From the NCBI GenBank assembly GCA_963745035.1, contig CAVUVW010000011.1, forward strand, positions 263,224 to 327,223: a DNA stretch of 64,000 nucleotides. Reading direction: 5' to 3'. A model generated the notes under the pieces. The model did no database searches. It was not told the DNA's origin and worked only from the letters and a program-made list of their open reading frames with translations. The DNA is from an uncultured delta proteobacterium. GTDB lineage: Bacteria > Desulfobacterota > Binatia > UBA9968. Positions within the stretch are counted from its first letter, which is position 1, and every line of letters starts with the position of its first letter. Both the position numbers and the translations under genes were made by a program. Shown piece after piece: positions 22,768 through 31,242 of the stretch.

Positions 22768-22847
22768 GCTCCAATCCGGCGCCGCCGGACGGATCGGAAG
22801 CTTCGTCTTCCTAAAAAGGTCGCGAAAGGCCGGCTGCAGCCCCGCAG

Positions 22848-23714
22848 TTAAAATTTCTCCCACGAGATCAAAAACACACCCAAGATCACGAGCAGCACTG
22901 CCGCGATTTTTCGCGGCGTCAGTTTTTCGACGTCCTTCAGAAAAAGCGCCGAGAGCGGCAATATGAACAGCGAGGAGCCGTTGATCAACGGCGACATGAG
23001 AGAGACCCGTTCCATGCTGAGCGCGGTGTAGGCGAAAACATAAGAGAGAAAATTCATGAATCCTGCACCGGCAAAAAGCTCCACACCACGCCGAACGGAG
23101 CTGCCGAGCGGTTTTTTTTCTTCAAACGCAAGATAGATGACCGACATCGTCGCGAACGAAGTCGTCGCGGCGATTCCGGCGCCGACGATCGGCGACTCGA
23201 TCTGCAACAGGCCCAGGCGCACCAGATTGTCGCGGGCGGCGAAAAGAAACGCCGCGGTAACCGGAAACAACAGATCGCGCGTTTGCCAGGTCTTGGTCAC
23301 GCCCTTCCAGGAAAGCGCAACGATACCCAAGACGATCAGCAATGTTCCGAGCAAATTCGTGGCCGTGGGGCGCTCGGCGAGAAACATCATGGCGAACAGC
23401 GTCGCGAAAAGCGGCGTGCTGTTGGTCAAACAAGAAGTAATGGATGCGCCGAGCCGCTCCATGCCTCTAAAAATGAAAAATCGCGCGACGCCGGGAACAA
23501 AAACGCCGACCAGTACGAAAATGAGGTTGGCCGGGATCCAGAGGTCGATGCGGTCGATAAACAGGAAAACGTAAAGCCAAAGGAAGAGCGCATTAATGCC
23601 GAGGTTCGTAAGCAAGCCGCGAAAGTAGTCGATAGCCAGCACGCCGCGGTTAATGAGGATCATCGACACGGCGAAGCAAAAGGAGGCAAAAAGAGCGAGG
23701 AGAATGGCGACCAT
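22848..23714 (-). CDS. DMT/EamA family transporter
   Basis: About 10 TM helices in two EamA repeats (LAERPT; LKDVEKLT). Confidence 0.85.
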   Translation of the reverse strand: MVAILLALFASFCFAVSMILINRGVLAIDYFRGLLTNLGINALFLWLYVFLFIDRIDLWIPANLIFVLVGVFVPGVARFFIFRGMERLGASITSCLTNSTPLFATLFAMMFLAERPTATNLLGTLLIVLGIVALSWKGVTKTWQTRDLLFPVTAAFLFAARDNLVRLGLLQIESPIVGAGIAATTSFATMSVIYLAFEEKKPLGSSVRRGVELFAGAGFMNFLSYVFAYTALSMERVSLMSPLINGSSLFILPLSALFLKDVEKLTPRKIAAVLLVILGVFLISWEKF

Positions 23715-23875
23715 GCTTCGCGCGACCTTACTCCCTGGGGGGCCAGCGGCACAAATGCGCAAGCATTGCGGCAGGGGAGGCGCAATGAAATTGTGCTTCG
23801 AGCGTCTAATAACCGGGCGAAAAGCTCGGAAGGCGGCCGACGTTCCGATTGCGCTCGGCCAAATCGGGAGGCAAA

Positions 23876-24265
23876 ATGAAGGCGTTGATGATTCTCGCGA
23901 TCATACTCACCTGGCTGGTTTCCCTGCCAACCGCGGCGGCGGCCGGGCAAAGCCATGCGATCCTCCAGCCAAGTCGTACCCCTGCCAATTCCTCACCCCA
24001 CGGCGGGATCAAGCCGCACCGGCCGTTTCATCGGCGCGGCGCAATCCGCCATCCGACGATCGTTATTTTACCCAGTGCCGGTTTTTACTATGTGCCGCCG
24101 ACCGTGGTCGTTACATCGCCGTATTTCTGTGTGTTTCACAACGAGGCTTTCGTCAGTCGGATCGGCATGATTGATCATTTGTCGGGCATGCACGGCGTGC
24201 CGCTCACCACCGCCGCCTCGATCTGTCCGGACGCCAACGGCAACTGTATTTTCCCGTCTGATTAA
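23876..24265 (+). CDS. Small secreted protein with zinc-finger-like motif
   Basis: GGAGG RBS, signal peptide MKALMILAIILTWLVSLPTAAAA, motif YFCVFHNEAFVSRIGMIDHLSGMH. Confidence 0.65.
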   Translation: MKALMILAIILTWLVSLPTAAAAGQSHAILQPSRTPANSSPHGGIKPHRPFHRRGAIRHPTIVILPSAGFYYVPPTVVVTSPYFCVFHNEAFVSRIGMIDHLSGMHGVPLTTAASICPDANGNCIFPSD

Positions 24266-24370
24266 GTTTTTGTTGCCGTCCGCGTTCCGCCTCCCGCGCG
24301 GTTGTACTGTTTGCCTCGTGTGCTACCAATTGGAATCGTTTGCCTTTTGCTTTCCGGGACCGTTTGAGTC

Positions 24371-25684
24371 ATGGCGGAAAAAAGCTTCACGCCCGCGGAA
24401 CTGTACGACACCTGGCCGGTGCTCTCCCTCGAGGAGCGGGTCGAAGGGTTTGAGTTTTTATCACGCGATGCGGCCGACGACTTTTTTCTACAACTTGGCA
24501 CGCGCGAACGGGCGCAGCTTTTGCTGGCGCTGCCGTCGGGTGAGCGGCGTCTGTGGATGCGCATGCTCGCTCCTGATGATGCCGCCGACCTGATTCAGGA
24601 AGCTCCCAGTGAACAGCGCGAGAGTATTCTCGCGCTCCTCGACGATCCGGTCCGAAGAGAAATCAAGGGACTGCTCGACTACGCCGAGGACGAAGCCGGT
24701 GGGTTGATGAACACGCGCTACTCCCGCCTGCGCGCCGACATGACCGTCGACGAGGCGATCAGCTATCTGCGCAGGGACGCCCGCGGCCGGGAGAAAACGG
24801 TGTATTACGTCTTCGTCGTCGACGCCGAAGAGCGGCTCCATGGCGTGGTTTCCTTCCGCGATCTGCTGGTCGCTCCCGGCGACAAGCTGGTACGCGACGT
24901 CATGCGCAAAGACGTCATCTCTGCGCCGGAGGATTTGGATCAAGAGGCGCTCAGCAAACTGTTCATGCGCCATCGCCTGCTGATGATGCCGGTGGTCGAC
25001 GCGGCGGGACGAATCAAGGGCGTGGTCAACCTGAACGACATCGTCGACGTCGTTCAGGAAGAAGCGACCGAAGACATCCAAAAACTCGGCGGCGTGCAAA
25101 CCCTCGAGGAGCCCTACCTGGAAGTTCCCTTGGCGCGGATGATCCGCAAGCGCGCCGGCTGGCTGGCGGCGCTCTTTTTGGGCGAGATGCTGACGGCGAC
25201 GGCCATGGGCCAATTTGAGGCGGAAATCACCCGGGCGGTGGTGCTCGCGCTTTTTGTTCCGCTGATCATCAGCAGCGGCGGCAATTCGGGCTCCCAGGCA
25301 ACGACTCTCGTGATTCGCGCCATGGCGCTCGGCGAAGTGCGTCTGCGCGATTGGTGGCTGGTGATTCGCCGCGAGGTAATCACCGGCCTGGGCTTGGGCG
25401 CGATTCTGGCCGTCATCGGACTCCTGCGCATTCTCTTGTGGCAGGGACTTTTCGATGCCTACGGCGAGCATTATTTCCTGGTGGCGCTGACGGTCGCTTT
25501 CAGCTTGGTTGGGGTGGTGCTGTGGGGCTCGGTGGCCGGTTCGATCCTGCCCTTTATTCTCCGCGCTTTGGGTTTCGATCCGGCGAGCGCATCTGCGCCG
25601 TTCGTAGCGACTCTGGTCGACGTCACCGGCCTGGTGATCTATTTCAGCATTGCTGCATTTGTGCTGCGCGGCACCTTGCTTTAG
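24371..25684 (+). CDS. mgtE: Magnesium transporter MgtE
   Basis: CBS pair, SGGNSGSQA, DPASASAPFVATLVDVTG. Confidence 0.93.
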   Translation: MAEKSFTPAELYDTWPVLSLEERVEGFEFLSRDAADDFFLQLGTRERAQLLLALPSGERRLWMRMLAPDDAADLIQEAPSEQRESILALLDDPVRREIKGLLDYAEDEAGGLMNTRYSRLRADMTVDEAISYLRRDARGREKTVYYVFVVDAEERLHGVVSFRDLLVAPGDKLVRDVMRKDVISAPEDLDQEALSKLFMRHRLLMMPVVDAAGRIKGVVNLNDIVDVVQEEATEDIQKLGGVQTLEEPYLEVPLARMIRKRAGWLAALFLGEMLTATAMGQFEAEITRAVVLALFVPLIISSGGNSGSQATTLVIRAMALGEVRLRDWWLVIRREVITGLGLGAILAVIGLLRILLWQGLFDAYGEHYFLVALTVAFSLVGVVLWGSVAGSILPFILRALGFDPASASAPFVATLVDVTGLVIYFSIAAFVLRGTLL

Positions 25685-25783
25685 CCGCGTGCGCGGCAGC
25701 GCAGATTGCAAATCTCAAATTTCAGAAACGAAAGTGGCGCTTTCTCGCCTGGGGCGATTGCGCTATGATTCGTGCGTCTCTCC

Positions 25784-27166
25784 ATGAACGAAGTCATCAA
25801 GAAACTCTCGGCGGTGCTCGACAGCGCGCGGATTTCCACCGACCCCGACTTGCTCGACGAGTTGTCCTGGGATGCCTTGAGCGAAGGACGGATGGATCCG
25901 CGGCACCAGCCGGCCGTGCATGCGCCGCTATGCGCGGTGCGTCCCCAGTCCACCGACGAGGTGCGCCGGGTCGTGCAGTTTGCCAACGGGGAGAAAATCG
26001 CTTTGGTGCCGTTCGGCGGCGGTTCCGGTCTCATGGGCGGAGCATTATCGATCCGGCCGTGCGTCGCCGTCGATCTGCGCGACATGAATCAGGTACTCGA
26101 CATCGATGCGCCGGCGCGCTCGGCGCGCGTCCAGGCCGGCGCGGTCTTGGAATCTTTAGATCAAAAACTCAACGACGCGGGTTTCATCCTCGGCCATGAT
26201 CCCTGGACGGTTCCGGTCGCGACCGTCGGGGGAGCCATCTCGACAAACAGCGTCGGCTATCGCGCCGGCATCTATGGCTCGATGGGCGAGCAGGTGTTGG
26301 GCCTGGAGGCGGTGCTGCCGAACGGCGAGATTCTGCGCACGCGCCCGGTGTCGAAGCATTCCGCGGGACTGCAGCTGAACGCGCTGCTCATCGGCGGCGA
26401 AGGCTGTTTCGGCATCATTACCGAAGCGAGCATTCGGATCTTTCCGAAACCGGCGGCGCGACTCTTCCTCGGTTGCCTGTTTTCGTCGTTCGAGGCCGGT
26501 TACGCGGCGATCCAGCAGATGTTCGCGGAGCGGGTGCGCCCGGCGCTGTTGGATTTTGGCGACGACGCGGACAAGCACGAGCCTGGCGCGTTGCTCTATT
26601 TGGTTTTCGAAGGCAACCAGGAACTGGTGACGGTGGAACGGTCGCTCGCGGCCAAGATTTGCTCGGCGCATCGAGGGATGGAGCTGGACGAGGCGGAGCC
26701 GGAGCAGTTCTGGCGCGAGCGCCACGAGATCGCGCGCCAATTTGCCCGTAACCGCCGCCGGCGCCGAGAGCGTGGGCGCGACGGCGTCTATCGCGATTGG
26801 GTTCATGTCGCGCTGCCGGCCTCCAAGGTTCTTGCTTACCGGCGCGCGGCGCAAGAAATCACCCGGCGGCGTGGCGTGCGCCTGCAAGAGAGCGGGCTTT
26901 GGGTGCAGCCCGAGCTTTTTTCGCTGCGCCTGGGCGCCGACGAGAGCGCGATTCCCGAGGCCCGGCTGGTCCTGGAAGAGACCATCGAGGAATTGCTGCG
27001 CTTGGCGCAGCGCATGGACGGATCCATGGAATACACACACGGGGTGGGTATAAAACTGGCTCCACTCATGGCCGAAGAGCATGGCTATGGACTCGAAGTA
27101 ATGCGTAACATAAAACACCTCCTTGATCCCAACAACGTCTTGAACCCCGGCAAGCTCGGATTGTAA
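25784..27166 (+). CDS. FAD-binding oxidoreductase (VAO/GlcD-ADPS superfamily)
   Basis: PFGGGSGLMGG, TVGGAIST, GGEGCFGIIT, HGVG, LDPNNVLNPGK. Confidence 0.88.
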   Translation: MNEVIKKLSAVLDSARISTDPDLLDELSWDALSEGRMDPRHQPAVHAPLCAVRPQSTDEVRRVVQFANGEKIALVPFGGGSGLMGGALSIRPCVAVDLRDMNQVLDIDAPARSARVQAGAVLESLDQKLNDAGFILGHDPWTVPVATVGGAISTNSVGYRAGIYGSMGEQVLGLEAVLPNGEILRTRPVSKHSAGLQLNALLIGGEGCFGIITEASIRIFPKPAARLFLGCLFSSFEAGYAAIQQMFAERVRPALLDFGDDADKHEPGALLYLVFEGNQELVTVERSLAAKICSAHRGMELDEAEPEQFWRERHEIARQFARNRRRRRERGRDGVYRDWVHVALPASKVLAYRRAAQEITRRRGVRLQESGLWVQPELFSLRLGADESAIPEARLVLEETIEELLRLAQRMDGSMEYTHGVGIKLAPLMAEEHGYGLEVMRNIKHLLDPNNVLNPGKLGL

Positions 27167-27306
27167 GGGCTCCGGGAGAAGGGTGTCGCGGCAAGACAAA
27201 ACAGCTTTGACAAGCGAAACAAATCCAGATAGGTATTTCTGAAGGATCCAATCCGGAGTGAATAAGACAAGAGTCAAATTTATTTTCCATCACCAGCATT
27301 CTTTCC

Positions 27307-27337
27307 AAAAATGCACCCAAATGGGTGCATTTTTTTT
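27307..27337 (+). terminator. Intrinsic terminator-like hairpin
   Basis: aaaaatgcaccca-aa-tgggtgcattttttt, perfect stem followed by a T run. Confidence 0.7.
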
Positions 27338-27355
27338 CGCATGGGGGAGCCGAAG

Positions 27356-28082
27356 TTGTTAGCACAAATCGAGATTCTAGCGTCTTTGCAGACCGTGGAC
27401 AGGGAAATAAAAGAACAGAGGGACCGTAAACAGGAATTGCTCGGCGAGCTCGCGGCCAAGGAAAAAGAGATCGGCGTCAAGAAGCGCGAAATCGGGGCGT
27501 TGGGCGCGGCCTTTTCCGAAAAAGAAAAGTTGCGTCTGGAGAAGGATCGATTTTTTCAGGATGAAGGCAAGAAGGCGATGGACAAACGGATGCGCATGAA
27601 TCGCATCAAAAACATCAAAGAGCTGCAGGCGCTGCAACGCGAGATCGATTTGATGCGGCAGGCCAACGGCGAGCTCGAAGAAGACCTCATTCGGATCATG
27701 CAAGAGATCGATATCGTCAAAGCGCAAATTCAAACGAAAGAAGCCGAAATGGCGGCCATGCAAGAAGGAGTGGCGCACCAAGCAAGCCGAGCTGCAAGCG
27801 CAAATTCACGGCATCGACGAAGCGGTTTCCGAAGCGGCCACGCGGCGGCAAAGCATCGCTTCACAGGTGACCGGAGATTTGATTTCGCGCTATGAGTTGA
27901 TCTTCTCGCGCCGGGGCGGCACAGCGGTGGTGGAAGTAAGCGCGGGGATATGCCAGGGCTGTTTCATGAATATCCCGCCGCAGTTGTGGAACGAAATCAT
28001 CAGGAACGAAAAACTTCATCTGTGCCCGAGCTGTCAGAGAATTCTTTTCGTCAAGCCGACCGAGGAACGAACGTCGGCTTAG
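27356..28082 (+). CDS. C4-type zinc ribbon coiled-coil protein (CT398/DUF164-like), frameshift near 27770
   Basis: GGGGAG RBS before TTG, LQTVDREI coiled coil, CQGCFMNIPPQ...CPSCQRIL. Confidence 0.85.
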
Positions 28083-28202
28083 CGCGTCCTCACATCGAGC
28101 GGTTCGCCGGCCGAGCCCCGCTGCGGCTTCCTCTTTCGCCTAACTCACCGCGCCGCCACCCGCGTTCCGCGGTAATGGTCACATCGCAAACGAACTTCCA
28201 TC

Positions 28203-28397
28203 TTGATGGTTGACGGATGCGGCGCGAGCGAAAACGCGCTCGCTGCGCAGCCATCTTCGAAGATAACGAGTCCATGGAGCGGAAAAGCACTTTTCGACCG
28301 TGCCAAGGATTATTGCGCCGGTCGGAGTCGTGTCGTAGTATGTAGGTGCGCCGAAAGATCAAACACATTGGCCGACCGGTTAGCCAATCGCGAGTGA
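28203..28397 (+). pseudogene. Degenerate ribonuclease HI remnant
   Basis: Begins LMVDG, ends ERSNTLADRLAN (cf. RNase HI 'DG' and 'NxxADxLA'); only 64 codons; lies between the zinc-ribbon gene and rnpB. Confidence 0.55.
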
Positions 28398-28420
28398 CCA
28401 ACAATCCGGCGCGCCAACGC

Positions 28421-28794
28421 GGGCTAAAGTGGATCAAGCGATCGCTTCCTGTGCTCACCCACGGGGAGAGGAAAGTCCGGACTCCTCAGGACAGGGCGGC
28501 CGTTAACGACGGCTCCGAGTGATCGGGGGAAAGTACCACAGAAAATATACCGCCTTCCGCCTCGGCGGACGGTAAGGTTGAAATGGCGAGGTAAGAGCTC
28601 ACCGGTTCGCCAGTGATGGCGAACGCATGGCAAACCCCGCCTGGAGCAAGGCCAAATAGGAGGGCTGGGTGGTCCGCCCATAGCCCTCGGGTGTGGCCGC
28701 TGGACCTCTTGAGCAATCAAGGGGCAAGATGAATGATCGCTGTGGCTCTGTTACAAGCCACGACAGAATCCGGCTTACCGATCCACTTTAGCCC
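28421..28794 (+). ncRNA. rnpB: RNase P RNA (type A)
   Basis: GAGGAAAGTCCGG, AAAGTACCACAGAAA, GGCAAACCCCGCCTGGAGCAAGG, ACAGAATCCGGCTTA; P1 gggctaaagtggatc/gatccactttagccc. Confidence 0.97.
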
Positions 28795-29005
28795 ACCCTC
28801 TGGTTAAAGAGCTACTCTCGCTCCACAGAATCACCTCCAACGGTTTTTGATTCCCGGTAGTCCATTGGGCCGTGACTCCGGACAAAGCTGTCTTTCGGAG
28901 CTAGCATTTCCGGCCAACCTAACGCGGGTGGATCGCCGGTCTCACCCCGCAGATCCCAGCGCCGTCAAATTTTAAGAAAAGCTCGTAAATTCCAACTCAT
29001 TTTTA

Positions 29006-29058
29006 TTGACAGGTGGGGGAGAGCAAGTTATAAGTGGCGCCTAGTGGGAAAGAGTGGG
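29006..29058 (+). promoter_or_regulatory. dcw promoter with MraZ operator repeats
   Basis: TTGACA(29006)-N17-TATAAG(29029); GTGGS repeats at 29034, 29044, 29054 with 10-bp period. Confidence 0.8.
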
Positions 29059-29098
29059 ATAAAGGGCGCTACTTCCGGCCATAGACTAAACTGAAACT

Positions 29099-29551
29099 AT
29101 GTTTCGTGGCAGCTTTGAGCATACGCTCGACAACAAAGGAAGGCTGAGCATTCCCGCCAAATTCCGCGACGTGCTCGTGGGCAAGGGCGACGAGCGCATC
29201 GTGATGACCAACTTCGTCATCGACGGCCAGCGCTGTTTGGACGTTTATCCGATCGACGCTTGGATCAGGTTTGAAGACGATGTTCGCAAGAAGCCCAAAT
29301 TCGATCCGCGCCTGGTCCGGTTTCAGAATTACTATCTCGGATCGGCCTGCGAGTGCAGTTTGGACACGCATGGGCGCATTTTGATTCCGCCGGGATTGCG
29401 TAAGTACGCCGATCTCAAGCGCGATGTCGTGTTGGTTTCGGCGCTGGAAAAGTTTCGCGTGCTGGATCGCGAGGCGTGGCAGAAAATTTTCGCCGAAGCG
29501 GAAGACAAACTGATGCAAGATTCCGATTTTCTCGGCGACCTGGGACTGTAA
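29099..29551 (+). CDS. mraZ: Transcriptional regulator MraZ
   Basis: MFRGSFEHTLDNKGRLSIP, second DxxGRILIP repeat. Confidence 0.95.
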   Translation: MFRGSFEHTLDNKGRLSIPAKFRDVLVGKGDERIVMTNFVIDGQRCLDVYPIDAWIRFEDDVRKKPKFDPRLVRFQNYYLGSACECSLDTHGRILIPPGLRKYADLKRDVVLVSALEKFRVLDREAWQKIFAEAEDKLMQDSDFLGDLGL

Positions 29552-29592
29552 TGACGAAGGCAGCGACTGAGTCGGCGAAAGGAGCTGAACGA

Positions 29593-29955
29593 ATGCTGGC
29601 GCGAAAACCTATTCAGGATATCTCGGTGATCGACGTCACCGGCGATATCGATTTTCGTGAGATGATTCGCATCAAAGAGGCGATCGGATCATTGATCGAA
29701 AAGGAGCGGATCAAGGTCGTTCTCAATCTCAAGTCGGTGGACCATATCAACTACTTGAGCATCGGCCTGCTCCTCGAACGGTTGAAGCTTTTGCGCAATC
29801 TCAACGGTGATCTGAAGCTCGCGGGGATGAGCCCCTTTTTGCGCGATATTTTTAAAGTCGTCGGCATGGATCGTTTCTTCGAGGACTATACCTCGTTGGA
29901 AGACGCTATCGAAAGCTTCGATGACGACTGGGAGGGTGACGGGACCAGTCACTGA
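29593..29955 (+). CDS. STAS-domain protein (anti-sigma factor antagonist-like)
   Basis: AAGGAG RBS; VIDVTGDID, VVLNLKSVDHINYLSIG, GDLKLAG, IFKVVGMD. Confidence 0.85.
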   Translation: MLARKPIQDISVIDVTGDIDFREMIRIKEAIGSLIEKERIKVVLNLKSVDHINYLSIGLLLERLKLLRNLNGDLKLAGMSPFLRDIFKVVGMDRFFEDYTSLEDAIESFDDDWEGDGTSH

Positions 29956-30886
29956 AGCGGTGTTCGCGCATGTCTCCGTGCTGGTTCAAGAGGCGGTCGA
30001 GTTGCTGCGGCCGGCGCCGGGCAAACGCTATTTGGACGGCACCTTGGGCGGCGGCGGCCACAGCGAAGAAATTCTCGTCAGGAGCAGCCCCGACGGGCAA
30101 GTTTTGGGATTGGACCGGGACGACGAAGCGATTGCGGCGGCGCGCGAGCGGCTGCGCCGCTTCGAGAGCCGGTTGATCGCGCGCCAGGCGAGCTTCGCGA
30201 ACGCGCGGGACATTCTGGCCGAGCTTCGCTGGCCGGGTGTCGATGGAGTGATCTTGGACTTGGGCATTTCTTCCCATCAGATCGACGCGCCCGAAAGGGG
30301 CTTCAGCTTCCGCGCGCCCGGCCCGCTCGACATGCGCATGGATCGGCGCCAAACGCTGGACGCGCGCGCGATCGTGAATTCCTCCGACGCCGCCGAGCTG
30401 GAGCGCATCTTTCGCGACTACGGCGAGGAGCCGCGCGCGCGCCGGATCGCTCGGGCGATTGTCGAGCAAAGAAGACGGCGGCCGATTCAAACGACGGAGG
30501 AAATTGTTACGATTGTACAAGGCGCCCGGCGCGGCGGACGACGCGACCACCATCCGGCGACGCAAGTCTTTCAAGCGCTGCGCATCGCGGTCAACCAGGA
30601 GCTTGAGCATCTCGAACGCTTTTTAGAAACCGGTTTCGAAACCCTGCTGCCGAAGGGAAGAATGGCGGTGATTTCGTTTCATTCGCTCGAAGATCGAATC
30701 GTGAAGAGAGCGTTTCGCAAGTGGAGCCGCGCTTGTCTCTGCCCACCGCGTGCGCTGCGTTGCGAGTGCGGTTGGAGCCAGAAAGTGATCCCAGTGACCA
30801 AGAAGCCGATGGTGCCGTCCGCCCACGAAATTCGCATCAACCCGCGCGCGCGGTCGGCGAAGCTGCGCGCGGTGGAGCGGGTGTAG
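29921..30886 (+). CDS. rsmH: 16S rRNA m4C1402 methyltransferase
   Basis: HVSVL, DGTLGGGGHS, DLGISS, LDMRMD, FHSLEDR, NPRARSAKLR. Confidence 0.96.
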   Translation: MTTGRVTGPVTEAVFAHVSVLVQEAVELLRPAPGKRYLDGTLGGGGHSEEILVRSSPDGQVLGLDRDDEAIAAARERLRRFESRLIARQASFANARDILAELRWPGVDGVILDLGISSHQIDAPERGFSFRAPGPLDMRMDRRQTLDARAIVNSSDAAELERIFRDYGEEPRARRIARAIVEQRRRRPIQTTEEIVTIVQGARRGGRRDHHPATQVFQALRIAVNQELEHLERFLETGFETLLPKGRMAVISFHSLEDRIVKRAFRKWSRACLCPPRALRCECGWSQKVIPVTKKPMVPSAHEIRINPRARSAKLRAVERV

Positions 30887-30894
30887 AGATTTCC

Positions 30895-31242
30895 ATGGCC
30901 TCGACTGCAAGCGCGCCATCGCGCGCCGTCGCCGGCAGCCGGGGGGAGCGGCCGGCGCGCACGCCGCGCGCCGCGCGGCGGCAAAGTATTTTCTGGATCG
31001 CCGGGCTTTTGGTCGTCCTGATGGCGCTGGTTTGGCTCCACGTCTGGCTGCGTCTGCAAGTCGTTCATTTGGGTTATGTGCTCTCGACCACGAGCAAGCT
31101 GCAAGGCCGCTTGGAGCAGGAGAACCGCGAATTGAAAATTGAACTGGCTACCATGACCTCGCCGGAACGGCTGGAGTCCCTGGCGCGCCGCCGATTGTCT
31201 CTGCGACAGCCCGAGAAAGGCCAGGTGATCGTCCTGCCATGA
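30895..31242 (+). CDS. ftsL: Cell division protein FtsL
   Basis: Single TM plus leucine zipper, SPERLESLARRRL, position between rsmH and ftsI. Confidence 0.88.
   Translation: MASTASAPSRAVAGSRGERPARTPRAARRQSIFWIAGLLVVLMALVWLHVWLRLQVVHLGYVLSTTSKLQGRLEQENRELKIELATMTSPERLESLARRRLSLRQPEKGQVIVLP

Noticed and set aside
28795-29005. Possible ncRNA between rnpB and the mraZ promoter
   Set aside because: Only two modest GC hairpins, with no recognisable motif, promoter or terminator
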